The translations under genes were made by a program, and so were the position numbers. Below are positions 55,529 through 63,422 of a DNA stretch of 64,000 nt, piece after piece. The stretch's first letter is position 1; the number at the start of each line of letters is the position of its first letter. Source of the stretch: an uncultured Gammaproteobacteria bacterium (lineage in GTDB: Bacteria > Patescibacteriota > Microgenomatia > Daviesbacterales > UBA10151); the NCBI GenBank assembly GCA_964551605.1, contig CAZKCV010000005.1, positions 7,104 through 71,103 on the forward strand. Direction: 5' to 3'. Below the pieces are notes generated by a model. It ran no database searches. It was not told the origin of the DNA and saw only the letters and a program-made list of their open reading frames with translations.

Positions 55529-55772
55529 ATCTTCCTCTCTTTCCTATATGGAACGTGACTACTTTAATTATACCACCTTTTCGATCCAAAACGATCCTCA
55601 AAATATGCTTTTCACCAACTAAATCTAGCGCTGTTTCCTGATTATATTTAGTCGAACCTCTCCATTTAGGATTTTTAATAACTTGTCTAATCTTTCTTTT
55701 GGTTATTAAAAACCCATGCTTTGCGACTTCAGAAAATTTCTCTTCTGCATGTTTTGTGTAAACAAGCTTCAC
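55512..55772 (-). CDS. DUF4258-like small protein (putative BrnT-like toxin)
   Basis: 86 aa, MKLVYTKHAEEKFSE...HILRIVLDRKGGIIKVVTFHIG, the DUF4258 pattern. It comes first in a toxin-then-antitoxin arrangement like brnTA. Confidence 0.45.
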   Translation of the reverse strand: MKLVYTKHAEEKFSEVAKHGFLITKRKIRQVIKNPKWRGSTKYNQETALDLVGEKHILRIVLDRKGGIIKVVTFHIGKRGRYESTL

Positions 55773-55782
55773 AAAATTATCT

Positions 55783-55861
55783 TAACATGAAGGGTTAGAT
55801 TTGCTAATGCCCGTACTGCCGGCTGGAAAGCTAAATTTGTGGACATCTATTTAATGAATTA
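55783..55861 (+). pseudogene. 3'-terminal remnant of a second 3D-domain gene (~25 codons, ...VRFANARTAGWKAKFVDIYLMN*)
   Basis: Its translation aligns with the C-terminus of the intact 3D protein at 54170-54234 (LGFDDAKTAGWSARFTDIYIIN*). There is no upstream ORF; ~65% nucleotide identity. Confidence 0.5.
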
Positions 55862-55862
55862 G

Positions 55863-57329
55863 TTACTTAAATTTAAAGGTTGATACTATTTGGTTAAATA
55901 GTTCCTCTGCATCCGCAACCTGTTTTTCGTTCACATCTTCCGGTTTATTACCAACTCTTAAAGCTAATCTATAAATCCAACGGGAATCTTTGGAGAAAAA
56001 ATCTACCGCGTATAAGTTTTCACTGCCTGCTCTCGGAAATGCTTGCCTTCCTTCCTGCCCTCCAACAAAGATAGTCTTTATTTTATATGGCAAGCCAATA
56101 TACTCATCTATAGTGTTATAGGGCTTATCTGTTAATTGGTTATAATTTTCAGTACTTGAGAAAGACAATATATATTCGCTACTCGAATCGTTAAACTCCT
56201 GGATCAAACTACTGCTATTTTTTTTAATTGGTTTTTGAACCCATCCAGGAGGAAATCCAAAGAATATATCTTCTTTTTTATAAATTTGCCAGTTTGATTT
56301 ATCTAGTAACCTGAAAGTCTTATAAATGGAATATACTAAATCGCGATCACCTTTACTTACTTGGCTTGTAAAACTCGAAGATAAAATTATAATGTCTTGA
56401 CCTCGTGCTATCACCATATAAGGCCCTTGCTCAAGGACCCCACAAAGCCCCTCCAAAATAGTTACATCTAGATCCTTTAATGGATTCTGTATCTCAGAAA
56501 TAGTTTTTATACTGTTTTCACAAACAGAACCTTTCTGATAGGGAATTGTCACTTTATTGACATACTCTTCAGAGGATAATTTGTTTTCATTTCTTACTAC
56601 ATTTATAAAAATACCGGGGGCTTGCATCCCTCGAGTATCGCCTAAAACTGGGGTCAAGAAAGCTACACTTCCATAAACCCCCTCTATGGCTTCTTCATGC
56701 CATCTCTCAGGATATTTAAGAGATAATTTATTAACTTCATCTATATACGTTTTCCAGCTAATAGTTTCGTCTGCTTGACTGCTATCTAAGAATTTAAATG
56801 TTGGTATAAGTTGACTAACAACTTGAGGATTACCACTAATCACATAAGAATATTTATTGTTGTTAACAATAACAAACAAGGTTTTTCCTGTTTCCGATTG
56901 TTCAGGTGTATATTCAAGGAGTTCTGCCGAAAAACCATTTAAAGTAATTTTTTCTACTTTAGTTAATTTTGCTGGTATATGTCCTTCAACTGTCCATTTC
57001 TGATATTGTACTTCCTCAGCTAAAGTTGAATTCCTAACTTGAATACTAAATTCATTTTTATCTGTTTTATCTGCAGTTTTAAAACTGGTCAGACTTAAAA
57101 AGGTATCACTTTTTGGCTCTTCACTAATAACATAATTGGGATTATATTTGATGCTATATCCAAATTCCGGGTTTGTATATGTTTTCCAACTAGCTGTTTC
57201 ATCTAAGTTTCTTCTTTCAGCTTCAAATCTGGGAATCTGAATTAACTTGGTATACCACGCCCCTGCTATACCTAACCCAATTACCAAAATTCCCAGCAAA
57301 ATAAGTATTGGAGCAAATCCTTTTTGCAT
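55863..57329 (-). CDS. Paralogous anchored secreted protein with two tandem WKTY domains, 488 aa
   Basis: MQKGFAPILILLGILVIG..., ASWKTYTNPEFGYSIKYNPNY and ISWKTYIDEVNKLSLKYPERW, internal IPTFKFLD, and C-terminal IVSTFKFK. Confidence 0.5.
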   Translation of the reverse strand: MQKGFAPILILLGILVIGLGIAGAWYTKLIQIPRFEAERRNLDETASWKTYTNPEFGYSIKYNPNYVISEEPKSDTFLSLTSFKTADKTDKNEFSIQVRNSTLAEEVQYQKWTVEGHIPAKLTKVEKITLNGFSAELLEYTPEQSETGKTLFVIVNNNKYSYVISGNPQVVSQLIPTFKFLDSSQADETISWKTYIDEVNKLSLKYPERWHEEAIEGVYGSVAFLTPVLGDTRGMQAPGIFINVVRNENKLSSEEYVNKVTIPYQKGSVCENSIKTISEIQNPLKDLDVTILEGLCGVLEQGPYMVIARGQDIIILSSSFTSQVSKGDRDLVYSIYKTFRLLDKSNWQIYKKEDIFFGFPPGWVQKPIKKNSSSLIQEFNDSSSEYILSFSSTENYNQLTDKPYNTIDEYIGLPYKIKTIFVGGQEGRQAFPRAGSENLYAVDFFSKDSRWIYRLALRVGNKPEDVNEKQVADAEELFNQIVSTFKFK

Positions 57330-57330
57330 A

Positions 57331-57993
57331 TTACTTTAGGAATTTAAGTGTGGATAAAATTTTATCCCCATCCTCTCCTATTATCCTAAAAAGATACATC
57401 TTTTGATTTTTAGCAATATACATTAATTTCGGAGAGCCCGGCTGATAGGAAACAATTTTATACTTAGCTAATTGTCCACTAATAGTGGCTTCCTGATCCA
57501 TCACAATATGGCCTTTGGAGGTATAGTCAAACACTCCCCAAACAAAAGGATAATACCAGTATTTATCAAACCACTTATCAACTGATAAGTTATCAGGATT
57601 TTCAAAAACCCATACAGACAGCGGGCTTTTATCAAAAGTATTATTTTGATCTAATACTGCCACCGCCCCCAAAAGCAACCCCGGCTCATATCCTACATAA
57701 CCTTTAAAATTCTTCCTATAATCCCCATTTCCTCTTTTGTTGAACTCTTCTTCCGAATCCTCTTTTACGGTCAGCTCCTTAGAATACTTAAACTCAAAAC
57801 CCAGGCTCTGATTAGTATAAACAGGACTCTGCAGTAAAGGTGCTGTAGTCTTAACCGGTGCTTTGGATTCCTGGGGTAGTAATTTTGCGGGTCTGAATAT
57901 AAAAAATCCGGTAATACCTATTATTAATAAACCGACTAAAAGTAGTAGGACGGCAGAACCTTTTTGTTTACACTGAGCATAGTCGAAGTGCAT
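57331..57993 (-). CDS. Paralogous anchored secreted protein, 220 aa
   Basis: KQKGS + TM N-terminus and C-terminal ILSTLKFLK. Its stop is 2 nt from the previous paralog's start. Confidence 0.45.
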   Translation of the reverse strand: MHFDYAQCKQKGSAVLLLLVGLLIIGITGFFIFRPAKLLPQESKAPVKTTAPLLQSPVYTNQSLGFEFKYSKELTVKEDSEEEFNKRGNGDYRKNFKGYVGYEPGLLLGAVAVLDQNNTFDKSPLSVWVFENPDNLSVDKWFDKYWYYPFVWGVFDYTSKGHIVMDQEATISGQLAKYKIVSYQPGSPKLMYIAKNQKMYLFRIIGEDGDKILSTLKFLK

Positions 57994-58050
57994 AAAATAA
58001 TCATAACTCTGCTATTGCCAAGAAACAACAAGTTCTGTTATTATCGGTCA

Positions 58051-58707
58051 ATGGCTAAGAGGGTGGGAGAAAAAACAAAATCAGATATTCCATTTAGGAA
58101 AACCAACAACTTATTGGATAAATTATCCTCTTATAAAAATTTCCGCTCTTCAAAAAAGTTTTATATCATTCTTATCATTGCCGGGTTGGTACTTCTTTTT
58201 ATCTATAAGAAAAACTGGTTTGTAGCTGCAACTGTTAACGGCTCACCAATTACAAACTTGGAATTACAAATGAAGTTAAATAAACAATTCCGCACTCAAA
58301 TGCTAAACCAATTAATTAATGAAAAGATTATTCTTACTGAAGTCATGAAAAAGAATACTGTTGTCTCAGAAGCAGAAGTTAGCAACAAGATTTCAGAAAT
58401 AGAAAAAAGCGTCGGTGGAGCAGAATCTCTGAATGCACTTTTGTCCCAGCAAGGGCAAACCAGGGACGGCATCAGAGAACAGATTAGATTGCAACTGAGC
58501 ATTGAAAAGTTATATGCAAATGAAGCTTCTGTTTCCGGTGAAGAAGTAGCAGCATTTATAGAACAAAACAGTGATCAGTTAAGGGCTACTGATTCCGCCG
58601 GCCAGGAAAAAGAAGCCGCTGAACTAATTAAAAGCCAAAAATTATCTCAGATCTTTTCCCAGAAGTTCCAAGAACTCAAACAAAGAGCTAAAGTTCAAGT
58701 CTTTTAG
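58051..58707 (+). CDS. SurA-N-terminal-domain-like membrane-anchored chaperone (PrsA/PpiC-family N-domain without obvious PPIase domain), tentative
   Basis: Internal start MAKRVGEK... (the track ORF begins 29 codons earlier). TM FYIILIIAGLVLLFIY, then an alpha-helical domain. Confidence 0.4.
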   Translation: MAKRVGEKTKSDIPFRKTNNLLDKLSSYKNFRSSKKFYIILIIAGLVLLFIYKKNWFVAATVNGSPITNLELQMKLNKQFRTQMLNQLINEKIILTEVMKKNTVVSEAEVSNKISEIEKSVGGAESLNALLSQQGQTRDGIREQIRLQLSIEKLYANEASVSGEEVAAFIEQNSDQLRATDSAGQEKEAAELIKSQKLSQIFSQKFQELKQRAKVQVF

Positions 58708-58719
58708 TATAATGGTCGG

Positions 58720-59826
58720 ATGGATCTCCGGCCAATCTTGCTACAACAAAAAGCAGCATATAACAAGCTAGTTACCCATGTTATCCAATCTTGGGAGTGG
58801 GGAGAGTTTAGAAAATCCTTGGGAATTCCAGTATTACGGTATAGCATTTACCAAAACGGGAAATTATCAAAGGCTTTTCAGCTAACCTTACATAAAATCC
58901 CTTTTACCAACCAATATGTTGGTTATTTACCGAAAGGTCCTTTTCCGGATAAAGATTTAACAGAAGCCTTAAAAAAAGTTGGCAAGGAAAATAATTGCGC
59001 CTTTATAAAAATTGAGCCGGATATAAAACAGGTTACAGGCAATAAGCAGAGCTTCTCTATGAGTAAGCAGAGCTTGCGACCTAACGGTCTTAGGTTACAG
59101 GTTGCAGATGGATTCATTTCATCCCCCAAGCCATTGTTTACCAAATACAACTTTTTATTAGACCTGACCAAATCCGAAGAAGAACTTTTGAAAAGTATGC
59201 ATCCTAAAACCAGATACAACATACGAGTGGCGGAAAAACATGGGGTTAAAGTAGAAGAAAGAACTGATGACGAGGCTTTTAAGATTTATTTAAAGCTTTA
59301 TTTTGATACTACCAAAAGACAAGGCTATCACGGCCACAATGAGAATTACCACCGAGAGGTTTGGAAAACTCTCAAAAACGCAGGGATGGCTCGTTTGCTG
59401 ATTGCTTACTACCAACTACCTGCCCGCAATGCTAGCGCAAGCGCTGCAGGCGGGCCACCTACCACCTACCACCTAACCGCCTGGATGCTGTTAAATTTCA
59501 AGGGCACTTTATATTACCCTTACGGCGGCTCCTCTATAGCCCACAGGGAAGTGATGGCTAATAATTTGGTGGCCTGGGAAGCTATTAAACTTGGTAAAAA
59601 ATTAGGGCTTAAAAAGTTTGACATGTGGGGAGCACTCGGCCCTAATGCTGACCCCAAAGACCTTTGGTTTGGATTCCATAAATTCAAACAAGGATACGGG
59701 GGACAACTAGTGGAGTATATCGGCACCTATGATTTAGTCTTCAATTGGCCGGTGTATTGGATGTTTACTTTAATAGATAAATTAACACCTCTTAAGGTTT
59801 TTCTGCTAAAATTGCTGGGAAAATAA
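58720..59826 (+). CDS. FemAB-family aminoacyltransferase (peptidoglycan interpeptide-bridge formation), with an in-frame repeat insertion
   Basis: N-terminal LVTHVIQSWEWGEFRKSLG (FemAB FLQSWEWGE motif) and a ~368-aa double-GNAT architecture. The insertion at 59408-59476 encodes YYQLPARNASASAAGGPPTTYHLTAW. Confidence 0.55.
   Translation: MDLRPILLQQKAAYNKLVTHVIQSWEWGEFRKSLGIPVLRYSIYQNGKLSKAFQLTLHKIPFTNQYVGYLPKGPFPDKDLTEALKKVGKENNCAFIKIEPDIKQVTGNKQSFSMSKQSLRPNGLRLQVADGFISSPKPLFTKYNFLLDLTKSEEELLKSMHPKTRYNIRVAEKHGVKVEERTDDEAFKIYLKLYFDTTKRQGYHGHNENYHREVWKTLKNAGMARLLIAYYQLPARNASASAAGGPPTTYHLTAWMLLNFKGTLYYPYGGSSIAHREVMANNLVAWEAIKLGKKLGLKKFDMWGALGPNADPKDLWFGFHKFKQGYGGQLVEYIGTYDLVFNWPVYWMFTLIDKLTPLKVFLLKLLGK
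59408..59476. repeat. Composite in-frame insert: ACTACCA x2, a GC-rich palindrome GCCCGC...AGCGCAAGCGCT...GCGGGC, then (CACCTAC)x2 + CACCTAA
   Basis: tactaccaactacctgcccgcaatgctagcgcaagcgctgcaggcgggccacctaccacctaccacctaa read directly. Confidence 0.75.
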
Positions 59827-60332
59827 TGGATACTACACTAATAATTTCAGGCGGGATCTTACTGGGTTGTCTCATCAGTCTGTCCTGGTTTGCCGGCTCC
59901 GATGCTCCCTATGTTCCTACTAAAATAGGCCAGATTAGAAAAGTCCTAAAAATGGCCGGTGTTAAAAAGGGCAAAAAATTTTATGAGTTAGGATCAGGAG
60001 ATGGCCGGGTAGTTTTGGAGGCAGCTAAACTTGGGGCCTATTCTTTCGGCATAGAACAATCCTGGATCAGAGTCCTATATTCTAAATATAAAGCCTTCAG
60101 ATTACACCCCAAGGGTGTAATCGTAAGTTTCTACCATGGGAATATATTCGCAAAAAGTTATAACGACGCGGATATTGTTTATATTTATCTTTTACACAAA
60201 GGGGTAAGGAAATTAGAAGATAAACTACAAAAAGAATTAAAAAAGGGAACCGTTGTTATCACCCAAACTTATCACTTCCCCAACTGGAAACCTTTTAAGA
60301 AAGAGGGGGATTTCCGGTTCTACCACTCTTAA
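59826..60332 (+). CDS. Small class I SAM-dependent methyltransferase, membrane-associated N-terminus
   Basis: Motif I YELGSGDGRVVLEAAKLGA, plus an N-terminal hydrophobic segment. Confidence 0.5.
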   Translation: MDTTLIISGGILLGCLISLSWFAGSDAPYVPTKIGQIRKVLKMAGVKKGKKFYELGSGDGRVVLEAAKLGAYSFGIEQSWIRVLYSKYKAFRLHPKGVIVSFYHGNIFAKSYNDADIVYIYLLHKGVRKLEDKLQKELKKGTVVITQTYHFPNWKPFKKEGDFRFYHS

Positions 60333-60946
60333 AAACCCAATTTCTCATTAACCAAAATCAAGGTCAGCCTTTGGGGTTGAACCTCTTTATTGATAATTAA
60401 AAGTTTATTTACCGAAGAACCCGCTACACCATAAGCCTTTTTGGCTCTTTCGCTCTCCAGAGGTAAACTATGTTCATAAATACGCCTAATTCCCTCTTTT
60501 GTATTTTTAACGATTTTTTGCACCCCCACCACCCAGATTATTTTCAATGCGCCATATGCATAGGCTGGCAGCTGACTACCGGTATTTGAGGCAATTAACA
60601 CATGTCCGTCTTCCGTGACAGCATGAACACTACCCAAAGCATACTGTGGCGCTGCTCCCAGTTTATTCATCTCCTGGGCCTGGGTAGCCCGGTCCATGGC
60701 ATAGAGCTTATCTCTAACCGGCTTAAATTTGCTGTTTTCTTGGTTTATTTCTACAGACAAACCAATAGTGTCTAAGGTGGTGGAGGTCATGGTCATGACT
60801 TCGCTGCCGGCCGGAACCTCTCTCAAAACCAGCTCTTTCGCCTCCTTACCGGTTTCCACAAATTTGGCCTCAATGCCATTTGCCTTTAAACTTTCTATTG
60901 TTTTAGCAATTGTTTCTTTATTTGCCGGTTGATCCCATTTGCTCAT
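60329..60946 (-). CDS. LUD-domain protein (LutC/YkgG family, DUF162)
   Basis: 205 aa. The overall pattern (AKFVETGKEAKELV..., C-terminal ...GIRRIYEHSLPLESE..) resembles YkgG/LutC. Confidence 0.5.
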   Translation of the reverse strand: MSKWDQPANKETIAKTIESLKANGIEAKFVETGKEAKELVLREVPAGSEVMTMTSTTLDTIGLSVEINQENSKFKPVRDKLYAMDRATQAQEMNKLGAAPQYALGSVHAVTEDGHVLIASNTGSQLPAYAYGALKIIWVVGVQKIVKNTKEGIRRIYEHSLPLESERAKKAYGVAGSSVNKLLIINKEVQPQRLTLILVNEKLGF

Positions 60947-60967
60947 AGTAATTGAGTGAGGAAAAAA

Positions 60968-62053
60968 TTATATAACAATTAATTTCTTTTGTGAATGTGA
61001 CAGTTGCCTTAAGCCTTGTTTTTCCAAAACAAATAAGTCTTCAATTCTTACCCCCCCAAAATTTTCTAAGTAGATTCCCGGCTCAATCGAAAAAACCATT
61101 CCTTCTTTTAAGGCTTCCTTGCTTCTAGGTGAGAGGCTGGGATGTTCGTGAACTTCCAAGCCAATTCCATGACCTACTGAATGAGGAAGTGTCGGATACC
61201 CTTTTGAGATAATATAATCTCTGGCTACTTTATCTACTTCCGCAGCTTTAATCTGTTTATCAGTTTTGATGACATAATTTATATAATCCACTGATTTTTG
61301 CTGGGCTGCCAATACTGTCTCGTAAATTTCCTTTTGCTTACTGGTTGGTTTACCAAAAAACACCGTCCTGGTCATATCAGAACAATAATTATCATATTTA
61401 ACACCGAAGTCGAGAAGGACGAATTGCCCTTCACCAGTCAATTTTGTATTACCTGTTTGATGATGCGGCACGCTGGAGTTTTTACCAAAAGCCACAATCG
61501 GTGGAAAAGAGAGTCTCGCTCCTTTACCTTTAATGAAGTTTTCCAACTCCTCCGCCACCTGTTTTTCAGTTACTCCAGTCCTAATCTTTTTTACAATATA
61601 ATCGAAAGCCAAATCTCCAATCCTACAAGCTTTTTCTATTTTTTTTATTTCTTCCTTAGTCTTAATACTTCTTAATCCAGCAACCTCAAAATGTTTTTTT
61701 TTAAAATGCTTGCTTAAAGATTTGTGTTCTGACACCGTTAAATTGTTTTCCTCAATCCCTAACCGTTTTATTTCTTTTTGGTGTTTTTTAAAAAGATCTT
61801 TCATGGATTTTTTATGTCCTCTTTCAAAAAGGGTTAATTGGGGGACTTGTTTTTTGACTGCCTCAGAATACCTGGCATCAGTAATGATATAGGCAAAATC
61901 GCTGCCGAGAAAAATATACGCCTCCCGTTCCAGGGGTGAAAAGTTGGCATAACCGGAAAAGTAGATAATATTGGAAACTGAAGAGACTAGAACCGCATCC
62001 AATTTTTCTTTTAAAAGTTTCTCTCTAAGGCTTTGTATCCTGTGCTCAAACAT
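60968..62053 (-). CDS. M24-family Xaa-Pro aminopeptidase/dipeptidase
   Basis: Creatinase-like N-domain and pita-bread C-domain with metal ligands (DMTRT, HSVGHGIGLEVHE, SIEPGIY...VRIED). Confidence 0.8.
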   Translation of the reverse strand: MFEHRIQSLREKLLKEKLDAVLVSSVSNIIYFSGYANFSPLEREAYIFLGSDFAYIITDARYSEAVKKQVPQLTLFERGHKKSMKDLFKKHQKEIKRLGIEENNLTVSEHKSLSKHFKKKHFEVAGLRSIKTKEEIKKIEKACRIGDLAFDYIVKKIRTGVTEKQVAEELENFIKGKGARLSFPPIVAFGKNSSVPHHQTGNTKLTGEGQFVLLDFGVKYDNYCSDMTRTVFFGKPTSKQKEIYETVLAAQQKSVDYINYVIKTDKQIKAAEVDKVARDYIISKGYPTLPHSVGHGIGLEVHEHPSLSPRSKEALKEGMVFSIEPGIYLENFGGVRIEDLFVLEKQGLRQLSHSQKKLIVI

Positions 62054-62084
62054 GCCCTCATTTTACCATGATATAATCGCCTCA

Positions 62085-63323
62085 ATGAAACTACTGCATT
62101 TTTCTGACCTTCATATTGGCATGGAAAATTACTCTAAATTGGATCCGGAAACAGGGCTTTCCACCAGGCTGCTGGATTTTTTCAATACTTTTGATTTTAT
62201 AGTTGAAACAGCCTTTAAGGAAGATGTTGATGCAGTGATCTTTGCCGGGGATGCCTATAAAACCCGTGACCCTAATCCCACCCAACAAAGGGGCTTTGGA
62301 CAGAGGATTGCCAAAATAGCTAAAAAAATACCGGTGGTTTTAGTGGTGGGAAATCATGACACCCCCAATGCCGAAGGCAAAGCCAACACCTTGGATATTT
62401 ACTCAGCCCTGGAGATAGATAATGTCTGGGTCTCCCGGCATCCGGAGATTTTGCAAATTCCCACCAAATCAGGCAACCTGCAAGTAGTAACTCTCCCCTG
62501 GCTTCACAAGAACGACTACAAAACCATTGCCGAAAAACTAAAATTACTCTATGACAAAATTAAACCTCCGGCATCCGCCGGACCTGCTATTTTAGCTTCC
62601 CATGCTGAAATAACCGGGGCGCAATTTGGCAGTGAAAAAGGTATGGCCATCACCAATGATGTTACCATCCCCCTGCCGCTGCTACAGGATAAAAGGCTAA
62701 ATTATGTGGCGCTGGGCCATATCCACAAACACCAAGTGCTGTCAAAACCAGGCGACTCCCTCTTAATAGTTTACTCCGGCTCGCCCCAGCGGGTAGATTT
62801 TGGAGAAGAAAAAGAAGAAAAAGGGATCTGTCTGGTAGAAATAGGGGGTAACCCGTCGCACGTAGCACGTAGCAAATTAACTGCAACCTACAACCTACAA
62901 CCTAAGAGCGGCAGCTCGCAAGCTTCGCTTACAACCTTCCGTTTCATTCCCACCAATGCCCGCAAATTTCTAACCATTACCATAAGCCTCGATCCCAAAG
63001 ACACCGACCCCACCCAAACCATTATTAAAGAAATTGAAAGCAAAGATATCAAAGACAAAATAGTCAAAGTAGTAATCAATATTCCGGCTGAGTGTGAGCA
63101 GGAAATAGAAATGGACCAGATTAAAAAAGTTTTGAAGGATGCCAATTTTATTGCCGGCATTTCCCGAAATGTTGAAAGGGTTGAACGGGCCAGACTGGAA
63201 ACCTCCGAGGTAGAAAGCCTTACCCCTATCCAGGCTTTGCAAAAATATTTTGAAAGTAAAAAATATTCCCCTGAAAAACAGAAAAAATTAGAACAATACG
63301 CTGCCCAGTTACTGGAAAGTTAA
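62085..63323 (+). CDS. sbcD: Nuclease SbcD (Mre11 homologue) with in-frame heptamer-repeat insertions
   Basis: MKLLHFSDLHIG, GDAYKTRDP, VVGNHD and GHIHKHQV phosphoesterase motifs. The track ORF starts 38 codons upstream of the conserved start. Confidence 0.8.
   Translation: MKLLHFSDLHIGMENYSKLDPETGLSTRLLDFFNTFDFIVETAFKEDVDAVIFAGDAYKTRDPNPTQQRGFGQRIAKIAKKIPVVLVVGNHDTPNAEGKANTLDIYSALEIDNVWVSRHPEILQIPTKSGNLQVVTLPWLHKNDYKTIAEKLKLLYDKIKPPASAGPAILASHAEITGAQFGSEKGMAITNDVTIPLPLLQDKRLNYVALGHIHKHQVLSKPGDSLLIVYSGSPQRVDFGEEKEEKGICLVEIGGNPSHVARSKLTATYNLQPKSGSSQASLTTFRFIPTNARKFLTITISLDPKDTDPTQTIIKEIESKDIKDKIVKVVINIPAECEQEIEMDQIKKVLKDANFIAGISRNVERVERARLETSEVESLTPIQALQKYFESKKYSPEKQKKLEQYAAQLLES
62855..62940. 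repeat. Composite in-frame insert in sbcD: (CACGTAG)x2, (CAACCTA)x3 and an AAGCTT-centred GC-rich near-palindrome
   Basis: cgcacgtagcacgtagcaaattaactgcaacctacaacctacaacctaagagcggcagctcgcaagcttcgcttacaacc encodes SHVARSKLTATYNLQPKSGSSQASLTT. Confidence 0.8.
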
Positions 63324-63328
63324 AATAG

Positions 63329-63412
63329 TTGTCATTCTGAGTGATTAACGAAGAATCTCCAGACTCGTTCTGGAATAAATCTAGAGATCCTTCACTACGT
63401 TCAAGATGACAA
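63329..63412. repeat. 84-bp MITE-like GTCATYCTGAG-family element with imperfect TIRs (TTGTCATTCTGA ... TCAAGATGACAA) between sbcD and sbcC
   Basis: ttgtcattctgagtgattaacgaagaatctccagactcgttctgg...gagatccttcactacgttcaagatgacaa. The first 32 nt are ~85% identical to the grpE-end element at 32642. Confidence 0.75.
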
Positions 63413-63422
63413 AAAGAAAATT

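Noticed and set aside
61971-62084. 38-codon N-terminal extension of sbcD in the ORF track (likewise 41519-41554 for rpsT and 57964-58050 for the SurA-like gene)
   Set aside because: Conserved protein N-termini begin at internal Met codons (MKLLHFSDLHIG, MPIIRS, MAKRVGEK). The extensions overlap upstream genes on the other strand.
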